DNA of 64,000 nucleotides, taken from an uncultured virus (IMG/VR IMGVR_UViG_3300025158_000017). Lineage: Duplodnaviria > Heunggongvirae > Uroviricota > Caudoviricetes. The position numbers and the translations under genes were made by a program. Below the pieces are notes generated by a model. It was given only the letters and a program-made list of their open reading frames with translations, searched no databases and was not told the DNA's origin. Shown here in pieces: positions 1-8,983 of the stretch; position 1 is the stretch's first letter, and each line of letters opens with the position of its first letter. The DNA lies in IMG/VR virus record IMGVR_UViG_3300025158_000017. One strand, given 5' to 3'.

Positions 1-842
1 TTGGCCTCGACTTCACGCGGATCATAACTGGCGTAATCGGCTGACCACTGCTGCGCCATCTCAAGCCCCGCGCTGGATCCGGCGTAGTAATCGTGAATGC
101 CCATAAGGCACTCTAGCCATGTCTTGTAGTCACTGGCGGCGGGCGCGTATCTCAGGGCCTCTCTGAATTGTTCTTCCGTGGCGCGTTCATCTGACTGATG
201 ATGGAACATGCCGATATTGAACAGTTGCGCAGTTTGCGGTGGCTGTGGCTTGCCGCCTGACCAATCCCGAATTTGTGCATTGGCCCAATCACGGAAATCC
301 TGCATTTCGGCTTTTGTGGGCACCGGCAGATCCGTGACCGGCGTTTCCCATAATTCGCGCCCGATCCACTTGTAGAACTGTCCGGTATCTGGGTGCCTGC
401 CATAAACCACGGCTTGCCGCGTCAGGGTGCGGATTTCAACCTGGGCGCTCAGGCCATCGGCCTCGGCCTTGACGGTGTTCTGGATCTTGTAGCCGCATTT
501 ATCGAGGCCAACCACGATAGCGGTCTTGGGATATTGCCCGACACGCTCAAGGCAACCGGGAAACCTGCGCTTTGCCTCATCTGCGATGGTGGCGGAAAGT
601 TCCGCATCATAAACATCTATGTCGATAAAGCAGTTGTTCGTATGCAGGACGCCAACCAGCATGTCAGGCTGATTGAAATATTTCGGCACATCTTCCTTTG
701 TCATTCTAAGGTTTTGCCAGCTGGGGAGCGTTGGCCCCTTACATCCTGCCGGGATTGGCACCGGGAAATATCCAAGCGTGATCAGGCGGCACACCAGATC
801 GGGCACGTCTTTGGGGCGAGAATACGCTTCTGCCGCCATCAT
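1..842 (-). CDS. Bifunctional DNA primase/polymerase (Prim-Pol) with PriCT-2-like domain, truncated by window edge
   Basis: Not in ORF track; manual translation from ATG 842: GYFPVPIPAGCKGP, FIDIDVYD, VEIRT..QAVVYGRHPDTGQFYKW, DYKTWLECLMGIH; open to position 1. Confidence 0.8.
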   Translation of the reverse strand, partial: MMAAEAYSRPKDVPDLVCRLITLGYFPVPIPAGCKGPTLPSWQNLRMTKEDVPKYFNQPDMLVGVLHTNNCFIDIDVYDAELSATIADEAKRRFPGCLERVGQYPKTAIVVGLDKCGYKIQNTVKAEADGLSAQVEIRTLTRQAVVYGRHPDTGQFYKWIGRELWETPVTDLPVPTKAEMQDFRDWANAQIRDWSGGKPQPPQTAQLFNIGMFHHQSDERATEEQFREALRYAPAASDYKTWLECLMGIHDYYAGSSAGLEMAQQWSADYASYDPREVEA

Positions 843-1147
843 TCATCGGCCTCGATAACACCAAATGGTTCCTCGCCTGCGTCTGCGATTGCCTCGTTTA
901 TGAGTACACGCATGGCGGCAAAGCCCTCGACCGCATACATGGGCTGTCGTTGACTTTTTGCCTTGTGCGGCCAGAAGTTCAGAATGATCGTCTCGGCATC
1001 CTCGATTGGCAGTATCGCCTGCACATGCCACGGTGCCTTGTCCGGGGAGGGTTGAAAGAAGCGGATGTCGGGATAGTATTCGATAACTGCGTCGAACTTC
1101 TGGCAGTTGCCGCGCTCAAAATCGTCTCGGAAATAGTATTGCATCAT
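839..1147 (-). CDS. Hypothetical phage protein
   Basis: ATGA overlap with prim-pol start; plausible composition. Confidence 0.65.
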   Translation of the reverse strand: MMQYYFRDDFERGNCQKFDAVIEYYPDIRFFQPSPDKAPWHVQAILPIEDAETIILNFWPHKAKSQRQPMYAVEGFAAMRVLINEAIADAGEEPFGVIEADE

Positions 1148-1254
1148 GCGGTCAAATCCTGATGAAGTCGCCGCACACTTTGGGGTCGGCTATTGTATGG
1201 TGGTCGGCGCAGGGCGGCGGTGTGCTTGCAGGCTGTTGCCGCCCTGCGCGCTAG

Positions 1255-2292
1255 TCAGAAACCTCCAGGCAGTGCCGCCGCGGGCTGCGGTGCGGGCTGT
1301 GGTGCCGGTTGAGGCGCGGGCGTTGGCGCAGCCGTTTCAATCGCGGGCGCATCATCCTTGAGGCAATCGGGGCGCTCGACCCAATCAATCACTTGCAGGA
1401 TCGGCTTGTTGCTGTTGCCGCTTTTCATGGTCTGAGATTCCACGCCGATCTGCTTGACCAGCGGCAGAAGCCGCCCGTTCTGCGATTTGGCGGGCCATTC
1501 GGCGCTGATCTGCTTTGCCAGCTTGGCAAAGGCATCATAGGCCCCGAAATTGCCTTGCTCCCACGTTGCCGCCTGCCCGCCACCGATGGCGCAGCGGATC
1601 GACAGTGCCTGCGACCACGCATATTTGCCGTTGGCCGTCTTGCTTTCGTCGGGGCGCGACGTGGCCTGGCTGAAAGTCGGGTTCCAGCGTTTTTCCGGGG
1701 CCTGCCCGGTTGCGCCGTCTTTCATCCATCCCAATTGCAGCGTGTCCAGATCGAGAACGCAGCCATTGGCAAAGGCGGGAATGACGTATTCGAACTTCTC
1801 GTCTTTTTCATCCTTGCCGCGCAATACCCACGATTTTGGGGCAAATCCCTTCTGCGCGGATCCGTTGCTGGTCCAATTCATCCACGGCCCTTTGCTGCCG
1901 CCTTCGTTTCCGGTGTCGATTTGAAAACTCATCGTCTTTTCCTTTTCTCTCGGTTCTGACAATTGCGCTATTGCCGGGATTGGCGCGGGCGCTCCCGCAT
2001 CGTGCAGACTGGCAGCGCCAGCTTGCAGAATGGCTTTATGATCTTCTTCGGCCTGTGCTATGGCGTCGTAGTATTCGGGATAATCGAGGCTGAGTGCGTC
2101 GAGGATCAGGCTTTCCTCGATCAGCGTGGCATTCACTTCCGCGATGGTTTCGCAGGCCTCGATTGCCGCGATGATCTGTCTGTGTTTGCGTTCTGCGCGC
2201 GTGGCAAAACCGCGAAACGTGACATCCCCATCGTATTCTTTTGGTGCAGGCGGAAATGGCAAGGCGCTGCCCGTGTCGATCGAGAATGTCAT
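1255..2292 (-). CDS. Putative ssDNA-binding/recombination protein with Pro-rich tail; possible internal start at 1932
   Basis: C-terminal APQPAPQP tail ending GGF; lies between resolvase and primase; RBS-like GAAAAGGA before MSFQIDTG. Confidence 0.5.
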   Translation of the reverse strand: MTFSIDTGSALPFPPAPKEYDGDVTFRGFATRAERKHRQIIAAIEACETIAEVNATLIEESLILDALSLDYPEYYDAIAQAEEDHKAILQAGAASLHDAGAPAPIPAIAQLSEPREKEKTMSFQIDTGNEGGSKGPWMNWTSNGSAQKGFAPKSWVLRGKDEKDEKFEYVIPAFANGCVLDLDTLQLGWMKDGATGQAPEKRWNPTFSQATSRPDESKTANGKYAWSQALSIRCAIGGGQAATWEQGNFGAYDAFAKLAKQISAEWPAKSQNGRLLPLVKQIGVESQTMKSGNSNKPILQVIDWVERPDCLKDDAPAIETAAPTPAPQPAPQPAPQPAAALPGGF

Positions 2293-2696
2293 GCCATTCC
2301 CTCCCTGATCAGGTAGGCAAATCCCTCAAGGCTGATGTCGATCAGGTGCACATCTTCGGCAGACCAGCGGCCCCGGCTGATGCACTCCATCGCGGCGCGG
2401 AGTTGAACGCGCACGCGGGCGTCCTGACGATCAAAGCGGTAAATCACGGCTGGGCGCTTGTCAGCGGCCAGAGCGGCCTTGACCGCCTGCGCCCACCATG
2501 CGGCCTGAAAGCCGCCGCCTGCGTAACGCTTTGCTTCAATGACAAAGGGAAAGGCCGGATCGTCGCAGATCAGGTCGCCCAAATCGGACTTGCGGTATTG
2601 GTCCAGATCGCGGCGGAACGTGATGCCGGTCAGCAAGAATAATTCCTTGCCAATTTCGCGCTCGAATGCGCTGCCCTTGTTGCGTGAATTAGTCAT
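2289..2696 (-). CDS. Holliday junction resolvase, PD-(D/E)XK family
   Basis: NSRNKGSAFERE, GDL, IEAKR motifs. Confidence 0.8.
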   Translation of the reverse strand: MTNSRNKGSAFEREIGKELFLLTGITFRRDLDQYRKSDLGDLICDDPAFPFVIEAKRYAGGGFQAAWWAQAVKAALAADKRPAVIYRFDRQDARVRVQLRAAMECISRGRWSAEDVHLIDISLEGFAYLIREGMA

Positions 2697-2705
2697 TCCG
2701 CCCCC

Positions 2706-3146
2706 TCAGAAAAGACCCCGACGCCTGGCGCGCCGGGGTGAGTTGACAGGAGACAGTAAACCCCGCTGCGGTCCCCGGCAGCGGACGGGATTCAGAAACA
2801 GCATCCCCACCGCCGCCAGCATGAGCCAGATGGAGGCGGGCAGTGGAACAGGTGTCGTGCTTGCCGGTGGCGGGGCAACAGCCTTGCCGTTCCCGCCGTC
2901 GCCGTCGAACAAAAGCAGAAGTGCTGCCACGAGAACAACGCCACCGATGATGGGCCACAGATCGCCCTGCACGGGCGCGGCCTCGATGATTGGCATTGGC
3001 GACCACTTGCCGCCGTGATAAATGCTGGCGTCGTAAATCGGCGGAAGCGTTGCAGCGTTCGCTGGTGCGGCGAGGCACAAGAGCGCCAGCGCGGCAAAGC
3101 GACCGGGCAGCGTGACATGTGTTGATGTGAGCGCGGTCAGTTTCAT
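2706..3146 (-). CDS. Small exported protein with VPLPA-CTERM sorting signal (start uncertain, frame open to 3350)
   Basis: Signal peptide ending APANA, then VPLPASIWLMLAAVGMLF and a basic tail. Confidence 0.7.
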   Translation of the reverse strand: MKLTALTSTHVTLPGRFAALALLCLAAPANAATLPPIYDASIYHGGKWSPMPIIEAAPVQGDLWPIIGGVVLVAALLLLFDGDGGNGKAVAPPPASTTPVPLPASIWLMLAAVGMLFLNPVRCRGPQRGLLSPVNSPRRARRRGLF

Positions 3147-3336
3147 CGCCAGATGTAGGGCGGCGGCAGTCGGCACTTTGCGTCCTTCACTGAACCGCAA
3201 AGCCGCGTTCGGGAGGTGTGACGCACGCCGCTTTATCAGTGCGGTGATGGGCATCATCCAGCTTTGCAACTGCATCACACCGCCGGAAAGCGGATGGACA
3301 GACCGGGCATAACGCCCGGCCAAATAGTTGATGAAA

Positions 3337-4128
3337 TCAGCCGACGACATAAACTGTCACATCCTCCGGCAGATCGGCCTTGAGAGCATCCACGCAGCGA
3401 TCAAATGCCTCGCGCAGAACGCGGTCACGGTCGTGCATGTCGATCTGAAAGCGCAGCTTGCCTTCCTCGATCCGAAAGCGAACCATGAACTTGATCCGCT
3501 GCGGGTCCATGCCGCGATAGACAGGGGCAAGAATGATGAAGTGATCCGGCAAGGTCACTGCGCCGCGCGTCTCATTTTCCTCAACATATTGGAATTGCCG
3601 CTGGCCATCGTACAGGCGTTGCGATGACTTAAACGAAACCTTTTTCGTCGCATCGAAAGTCATCACCATGTCCATTACGTCGGCTGCGTCGGGCTGCACG
3701 ACATCGACGGCACGCTCCTCCAGAAACATGCCGAATTCGACCTGCGACATGGCCCTACCGGAAACCTTGCGCCACGCCTTGAGAATATCGCTTTGCAAAG
3801 CCTCAAACCGCGCGTCGTGGGTTTTGTGCGACGGTTCGTCCGGCTCATCGCCGTCGATCTTAGCGATTATCTTCGCAGCCTCATAATTGGCAGTGATCAT
3901 TGTGGCGGTGGTCTGGAACCGCGCCAAGTATGCCGCCAAGGACGCGACATCGACAAAGCGATGGTCAGCTTTGATCCGGTCTGGCACCTTTTGGAACTGC
4001 TCCAAAGGTTCCATCCGGTAGCCGTCTGGCACCACGGCAAATTGCCCTGTCGCGGCGGGGTCAAACGAAACCGACGAAGCAAATTCGGCGCGACGAGCCG
4101 CTTCGTGTTCGGTAAGATCAGCCATCAA
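3337..4128 (-). CDS. DUF2303 family protein
   Basis: Length and motifs MSQVEFGMFLEE, FKSSQRLYDGQRQFQY, LPDHFIILAPVY. Confidence 0.8.
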   Translation of the reverse strand: MMADLTEHEAARRAEFASSVSFDPAATGQFAVVPDGYRMEPLEQFQKVPDRIKADHRFVDVASLAAYLARFQTTATMITANYEAAKIIAKIDGDEPDEPSHKTHDARFEALQSDILKAWRKVSGRAMSQVEFGMFLEERAVDVVQPDAADVMDMVMTFDATKKVSFKSSQRLYDGQRQFQYVEENETRGAVTLPDHFIILAPVYRGMDPQRIKFMVRFRIEEGKLRFQIDMHDRDRVLREAFDRCVDALKADLPEDVTVYVVG

Positions 4129-4438
4129 CGCGATCCCCCTTCATCAGCCCCAGATGCTCCATCGACGGGCTTTCACGAGTCAGGTCGCCGTTGCGACCCA
4201 TGAAAAAGAACGACTGCCCGAAGTCGATCTGCGGGGCCTTCGCGGAAACCTTGGCCGACGCTGCAAATCCCATCTCGCCGTTGGGAGCAATTTCCAGGGC
4301 GACAGTCACGGTGCCTTTTTTGCCTGTGCGCTGCACCGCGCCGATAACATCGCGCAGTTGCTGGTCTGCGGTCTCGACAGGCAAGCCGCCGTCGATCCGC
4401 CCGAGTGCCATTAGAAAATGGCTGTTTCCTTCGCTCAT
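4118..4438 (-). CDS. Conserved phage protein usually upstream of DUF2303
   Basis: AVQRTGKKGTVTVAL and FFMGRNGDLTRESP motifs; RBS AGAAGGA upstream. Confidence 0.7.
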   Translation of the reverse strand: MSEGNSHFLMALGRIDGGLPVETADQQLRDVIGAVQRTGKKGTVTVALEIAPNGEMGFAASAKVSAKAPQIDFGQSFFFMGRNGDLTRESPSMEHLGLMKGDRVDG

Positions 4439-4604
4439 TTCATGTATCCTTCTGTTGCAGGTGAATCCGAGCGCGCCGAATTGACGCCCGCCGCACTCGG
4501 GAAAGCGCCATTGCGCTTGCCAGAAAGCGGTTCTTGACCGGGCAGCGTGTTCCGCGCCGCCGCCCGGTCTGTCCCCAGCGCAGGGGAGGGCTGCGCAAGG
4601 GTGT

Positions 4605-5090
4605 TCATGTGGTGGCCCGATCTGACGATTTGAAACTGAACACGCTGCGCGGCAATGGCCTGCAAGCTGCGCGTTCCAATCCATCAAGCCATGATGCTGG
4701 CAACTTATCCCGCCACCGCGCGCGCAATACCGTTGCGACCGGAACGCCCAGAGCCTCGGCTACGCGCTCGTGGCCGATATCATCAAGTATTTTAGCAACC
4801 ACCGACAAACCTCTCGGAAAATATCCCTTATGTTTGTTAAACTTTGGCTTTTCTGTTCTGATTGCATTGGCTTCTGTTTTTAAAGCATCTGTCCGGTTGT
4901 CAAACCATTCATACTTTGTAGATGCGAGAAAATCAAAAAATTCAGACCCATAGTCATGTTCGAGGAGGCGACGATATGGATTTCCAGTGATACCAACGTA
5001 AAGAAGTTTTCCTCTTTCGTCATAATGACGATATACAGCAGTTTTGATTTTTTCCAGTTGAACAACGTTATTTTTTCCAAGCTGATTCAT
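4605..5090 (-). CDS. GIY-YIG nuclease domain fused to an HTH-like domain
   Basis: AVYRHYD..LLYVGIT..RRLLEH, E..AIRTEKPKFN; C-terminal VAEALGVPVATV. Confidence 0.7.
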   Translation of the reverse strand: MNQLGKNNVVQLEKIKTAVYRHYDERGKLLYVGITGNPYRRLLEHDYGSEFFDFLASTKYEWFDNRTDALKTEANAIRTEKPKFNKHKGYFPRGLSVVAKILDDIGHERVAEALGVPVATVLRARWRDKLPASWLDGLERAACRPLPRSVFSFKSSDRATT

Positions 5091-5271
5091 CGGAAATTTC
5101 CAATCCAGTTATCTGAGACAGCCGCGCGCGGAAAATACGACGCGGTATTGCGTGACCGTTTAACCACCTGGACAAATCAGATTGCCCAACTGGAACCTGC
5201 GAAGCCACCCAAGCCAGCTTGCGCCCTTCTTGCTCCGCCCATTTTCTGATTTGATCTCGTGCATTTTCCAT
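5068..5271 (-). CDS. Cro/XRE-like HTH regulator
   Basis: VASQVPVGQSDLSRWLNGHAIP; first gene after a leftward promoter. Confidence 0.7.
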   Translation of the reverse strand: MENARDQIRKWAEQEGRKLAWVASQVPVGQSDLSRWLNGHAIPRRIFRARLSQITGLEISDESAWKK

Positions 5272-5277
5272 ATAGCC

Positions 5278-5348
5278 AACCTAAACGCAAAATTTTTTGT
5301 TGTCAATCCGTCTTTTTTATTGCGTAACCGCAAGCGTTCCTGTAGTGT
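5278..5348. promoter_or_regulatory. Divergent sigma70-type promoters
   Basis: Leftward TTGACA-17-TAGGTT; rightward TTGCGT-17-TAGTGT. Confidence 0.65.
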
Positions 5349-5390
5349 CACTTCATCAACCGCGCATCTGCGCAGAGAGGGAGAGACGAA

Positions 5391-6179
5391 ATGAACAACC
5401 GCGTTAAAGCCTACAAGGCTTTCAATCAAGACATGACGTGTCGCGGATTTCAGTATGAAGTCGGCAAGACATACAAGCACGAGGGCGATGCAAGTCTTTG
5501 CAATACAGGCTTCCACGCCTACCTGCATCCGCTTGATGTCTTGAATTGCCACCCCGTCACATCGCGGTTCGCCGTTGTAGAACTGGACGGCGTTTCGCCT
5601 GAAACGGATGAGGACACAGAAGTTTGCGGTGCTGAAATCACAATTCAGGCCGAAGTGCAGATAAGCGATCTGGTGGATGCGGCTGTCAAACATGTGTTTG
5701 ACGCAGCGCAATGGATCAAAGGTAGTGCCGCAACAGGCGACAGAGGCGCGGCCCACGCAACAGGCCACAGAAGCGCGGCATCCGCAACAGGCATCAGCGG
5801 CGCGGCCTCCGCAACAGGCATCAGCGGCGCGGCCTTCGCAACAGGCCACAGTGGCGCGGCCTCCGCAACAGGCCGCAGTGGCGTGGCCTCCGCAACAGGC
5901 CACAGTGGCGCGGCCTTCGCAACAGGCAACGGCGGCGTGGCCTCCGCGACAGGCGACAACAGCGCGGCCTCCGCAACAGGCCACAGTGGCGCGGCAATGG
6001 CCAGCGGATATAAAGGTCGTGCAATGGGCGCGGAAGGCTGTGCCATTTTTCTCTGTGAACGCGACGATGCGACGGGGGAATTTCTGCACGTATGGGCGGG
6101 AATAGCTGGCCAAGACGGCATCAAGCCAATGACATGGTATTTTCTCAAAAATGGACACCCAATGGAGGTAGAAGAATGA
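5391..6179 (+). CDS. Phage protein with YKAF..CRGFQYEVGKTY domain and 11-aa ASATG repeats
   Basis: Widespread phage family pattern; strong RBS AGAGAGGGAG. Confidence 0.8.
   Translation: MNNRVKAYKAFNQDMTCRGFQYEVGKTYKHEGDASLCNTGFHAYLHPLDVLNCHPVTSRFAVVELDGVSPETDEDTEVCGAEITIQAEVQISDLVDAAVKHVFDAAQWIKGSAATGDRGAAHATGHRSAASATGISGAASATGISGAAFATGHSGAASATGRSGVASATGHSGAAFATGNGGVASATGDNSAASATGHSGAAMASGYKGRAMGAEGCAIFLCERDDATGEFLHVWAGIAGQDGIKPMTWYFLKNGHPMEVEE
5728..5996 (+). repeat. 33-bp coding tandem repeat, about 8 copies
   Basis: Recurrent CGCAACAGGC...GCGCGGCCT encoding ASATGxxGA. Confidence 0.85.
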
Positions 6180-6442
6180 ACATCCCCACCTACTACGTCA
6201 CCTTCGCGGAATATCACAACCGCATCGGCCACGCCTGCGATCCGACCGACTTCGACGGGGCCTGCGATGCCTATGCAGAGTGCCGCAGCGACGGGCAGGA
6301 CGCCTGCGTGATGCGGTATGACCCGCCGATCGGCAACAAATCCGGCATGATGATCGATGTCACCGAGGACGCAAACCGGCGCATTTCGATGCGCTATCGG
6401 CAGCGGTATCAGGACGCGCCAGAATGGCTGGTGGCGTCATGA
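6176..6442 (+). CDS. Hypothetical protein
   Basis: ATGA overlap, RBS GGAGG. Confidence 0.6.
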   Translation: MNIPTYYVTFAEYHNRIGHACDPTDFDGACDAYAECRSDGQDACVMRYDPPIGNKSGMMIDVTEDANRRISMRYRQRYQDAPEWLVAS

Positions 6443-6645
6443 CCTACCACGACGCAATGGCCGAATTGAACGAGGCGATCTATGCCGCCGTGCGCGCCGC
6501 AGACAACCATGACGGCGCGCCCGTCGAGGCGCTTAAACGGATCGCATCAGACATTGACTGCCTGATTGATCACAACTGCACCCGAGCTGAGTTCAAAGAC
6601 GCACACGCGCTCTACATGGGCGCGAAGCTGGCGGGGTTAGTGTGA
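6439..6645 (+). CDS. Hypothetical protein
   Basis: ATGA overlap chain. Confidence 0.55.
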   Translation: MTYHDAMAELNEAIYAAVRAADNHDGAPVEALKRIASDIDCLIDHNCTRAEFKDAHALYMGAKLAGLV

Positions 6646-6845
6646 TGAACCTGCCAGCCAACTACGATCAATGGCGTCTGCAAGGCCCCGACGAACCCGG
6701 TTGGGTTGGCGTCAAGGATGGCGACCTTTGCAACCGCTTCCCCGACGACGACATGCCGAGAGGCTATCGTCCGCGCCCTTGTCAGGGTGAAATGATTGAA
6801 CAGGCAGGCGAGATCGTCTGTGACGAATGTGGAGAACTGGCATGA
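6642..6845 (+). CDS. Small Cys-containing hypothetical protein
   Basis: CDEC motif; overlap chain. Confidence 0.6.
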   Translation: MMNLPANYDQWRLQGPDEPGWVGVKDGDLCNRFPDDDMPRGYRPRPCQGEMIEQAGEIVCDECGELA

Positions 6846-7204
6846 CTGAGATTGATTGGACCGCCCTTGAGGCGGATCGCGAAAACGGAACGCCGGGCCC
6901 TTGGCGCATCCGTAACTGCGACAGCATAGGCCATCGCTGCACTAACTACTATCAGGAAATATGGAACGAGGAGACTGACATACTTGTCACTACGGAGGTG
7001 ACGCGCGCCCACAATGACGGCGGAGCGGTAAATATGCGCCGCATCGCCCGCCTTCCCGAACTGGAAGCCTACGCCCTCGCCGCGCGCAAGAAGCTGAAGG
7101 CGGCGGAGAAGCTGGCAGAGGCTATCCAAAAAGAGAACTGGACAGAAGACGAAACGTGGGCGGCTCTAGACGCATGGGACGCAGCACAGGAGACAGGCCA
7201 ATGA
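6842..7204 (+). CDS. Ead/Ea22-like hypothetical protein
   Basis: TPGPW motif and N..RIARLPEL. Confidence 0.55.
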   Translation: MTEIDWTALEADRENGTPGPWRIRNCDSIGHRCTNYYQEIWNEETDILVTTEVTRAHNDGGAVNMRRIARLPELEAYALAARKKLKAAEKLAEAIQKENWTEDETWAALDAWDAAQETGQ

Positions 7205-7407
7205 CCGACCCAACCGAATATGCCCGAGACTTGAGGTTTTTCACCGAGATCCGCGACAGCGACGACGACAAGCAAAGCGGCAGGGGCGTCGCCACGGCCC
7301 CGGCGCTGGCTTTGGCTGTCCTGCTTGGCTTTGCTGCCGGATACGCCTTCGGCGATGTGCCGACAGAGGCGGCGGATCATGAGATTTGCACGGAAAGGGG
7401 ATGCTGA
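7201..7407 (+). CDS. Small membrane protein
   Basis: Hydrophobic ALALAVLLGFAAGYAFG; RBS AGGAG. Confidence 0.55.
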   Translation: MTDPTEYARDLRFFTEIRDSDDDKQSGRGVATAPALALAVLLGFAAGYAFGDVPTEAADHEICTERGC

Positions 7408-8009
7408 TGAACGCCTTCGGCATATCCACCAAGACACACCACGCCGCCGCCATAGATGGCCTGCGCATGGGGCTGGAGGTCCTGCCCGGTGCGGCGCTGC
7501 CAAACGCGCTCCTGTCGATCCTGCCGGATCTGCTTCCCGCCGCCGTCGCCCAATGGACCAAAGCAGCAGCGGAGACCCTGCCCGTTATGCGGCCAGAAAA
7601 TATTGAAGGAGACCACAGAATGACACAAGACATAAGCGACGAGGCTGTTGAGCGGTTCAGCGCGTCTGCCTCCTACACCGGGATCATGAAGCCATCGCGT
7701 GACGGGCTGTGGGTGCAATACCACGACTATGCCGCTCTCGTCGCACGGCTGAAAGAAGTGGAAGAGGAACGGGATGTGCAGAATGATCTGCGACAGATCG
7801 CAGAAGACGCGGCGGATGAATGGAGATCCCGCGCCGAGACCGCAGAGGCCAAGCTGGCAATAGCACGTTCATTTGACCTCGACGCCCTCCTAGCCGCAGC
7901 GGTGCGGGAGGGAGTCAAAATCGGAGCACATCCAGATTACCAAGTCATCGCCAACGAACCCGCCGCCATTGTCGCCGCTGTAGTGAGAGTGAAGGAAAAA
8001 CGCACATGA
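7404..8009 (+). CDS. Hypothetical protein (internal start likely at 7620)
   Basis: ORF track; internal RBS GAAGGAG before MTQDISDE. Confidence 0.5.
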   Translation: MMNAFGISTKTHHAAAIDGLRMGLEVLPGAALPNALLSILPDLLPAAVAQWTKAAAETLPVMRPENIEGDHRMTQDISDEAVERFSASASYTGIMKPSRDGLWVQYHDYAALVARLKEVEEERDVQNDLRQIAEDAADEWRSRAETAEAKLAIARSFDLDALLAAAVREGVKIGAHPDYQVIANEPAAIVAAVVRVKEKRT

Positions 8010-8052
8010 CGAAGGCGTATGAAGAAAACCGAATCAGAAGAGGAGAACTGAG

Positions 8053-8427
8053 ATGAGTGACGCACCGGAACGGATTTGGTTGCAGCACGGCGATCCATAC
8101 AATGCGTTTGATGAAAACACGTGGTTCAGTGAGCCGGTTGGTGAAACAGAGGCCGAAACGGAATACCTCCGCGCCGATCTGATTGACGCCCTCCTGGCCG
8201 AAGCGGTGCGGGAGGGGATAGGGGTTGCGGCGAAAGCAGCGTTCAATGCATGTCGCGCATCGCAGTCGGGTTATAAAGACGAAAATTCACGGCTACTACA
8301 GCGGGCCGAGAGCGAAATGCTGCTTGAAACTCAGAAAGCGATCAGGACCGCCGACGAAACCGCCATTGCTGAGGCCGTGGAAAGAGTGAAAAGGACAAAA
8401 GATGAGCACAATTCAACCAATCTATGA
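8053..8427 (+). CDS. Hypothetical protein (MSDAPERIW family)
   Basis: RBS AGGAG; shares a ~33-bp block with the upstream ORF (7881 vs 8185). Confidence 0.6.
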   Translation: MSDAPERIWLQHGDPYNAFDENTWFSEPVGETEAETEYLRADLIDALLAEAVREGIGVAAKAAFNACRASQSGYKDENSRLLQRAESEMLLETQKAIRTADETAIAEAVERVKRTKDEHNSTNL

Positions 8428-8686
8428 TGCCAGCATTTATCACGCTGGAAAATGGTCACCAACGCCGATCATTGAAGCTGCACCAGTTCAAGGCGAACTC
8501 TGGCCTATTCTCGGTGCAGTCGTTCTTGTTACTGCACTTATTCTACTTTTTGATAGTGGAGGTGAAAATGGAAACGGAAAACCATATTCTCCACCTCCAG
8601 AAGTTGTTCCACTTGGATCTTCTCTTTGGGCTATGCTCACAGCAATATTAGCTTTCATATTTATGAATAGGAGAAAAGTCAAATGA
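8402..8686 (+). CDS. Homolog of the 2706-3146 VPLPA-CTERM-like protein, lacking signal peptide
   Basis: PIYDASIYHAGKWSPTPIIEAAPVQGELWPI matches PIYDASIYHGGKWSPMPIIEAAPVQGDLWPI; VPLGSSLWAML plus RRKVK tail. Confidence 0.7.
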   Translation: MSTIQPIYDASIYHAGKWSPTPIIEAAPVQGELWPILGAVVLVTALILLFDSGGENGNGKPYSPPPEVVPLGSSLWAMLTAILAFIFMNRRKVK

Positions 8687-8925
8687 CTGAATTACAAATT
8701 GAAAATGGAATTCCAATTCCAACTCTAAATACACGTGGAAGAAAAGGTATTTATCCTTTCAAAAAGATGGAAATTGGCCAATCATTTTTTGTTGAATCAA
8801 ATGGAAATATACTTACGACAAGAAGTCGTGTATGTGCTGCGATAGGTCGAGCTCAAAAACTTCTTGGTTGGAGATTTACATACAAATCAAATTCAGAAGG
8901 TGTTCGTGTATGGAGGACAAAATGA
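8683..8925 (+). CDS. Small basic putative DNA-binding phage protein
   Basis: IENGIPIP, YPFKKMEIGQSFFV, GVRVWR pattern. Confidence 0.7.
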   Translation: MTELQIENGIPIPTLNTRGRKGIYPFKKMEIGQSFFVESNGNILTTRSRVCAAIGRAQKLLGWRFTYKSNSEGVRVWRTK

Positions 8926-8927
8926 AA

Positions 8928-8956
8928 TTGTCATATAAACTGTCACGGTTTATACT
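8928..8956 (+). promoter_or_regulatory. Sigma70-type early promoter
   Basis: TTGTCA-17 bp-TATACT. Confidence 0.7.
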
Positions 8957-8983
8957 GTAATCTCATAGCAAAAGGTAAACAAA

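Larger units (their letters stand above)
1..8405. mobile_element. GC-rich phage segment (replication/early arm of phage A)
   Basis: High GC; prim-pol, resolvase, DUF2303, HTH and many small overlapping ORFs arranged divergently around ~5300. Confidence 0.8.

Noticed and set aside
393..953. Plus-strand ORFs over the first 2.6 kb
   Set aside because: Antisense to the coherent minus-strand prim-pol/resolvase operon
5160..6232. Long Cys-rich and Pro-rich ORFs on other frames
   Set aside because: Shadow frames of the 33-bp repeat in 5391-6179
7881..8220. 33-bp direct repeat as att site or DGR repeat
   Set aside because: Both copies encode the same peptide (DALLA.AVREG) in neighbouring ORFs; no integrase or reverse transcriptase seen
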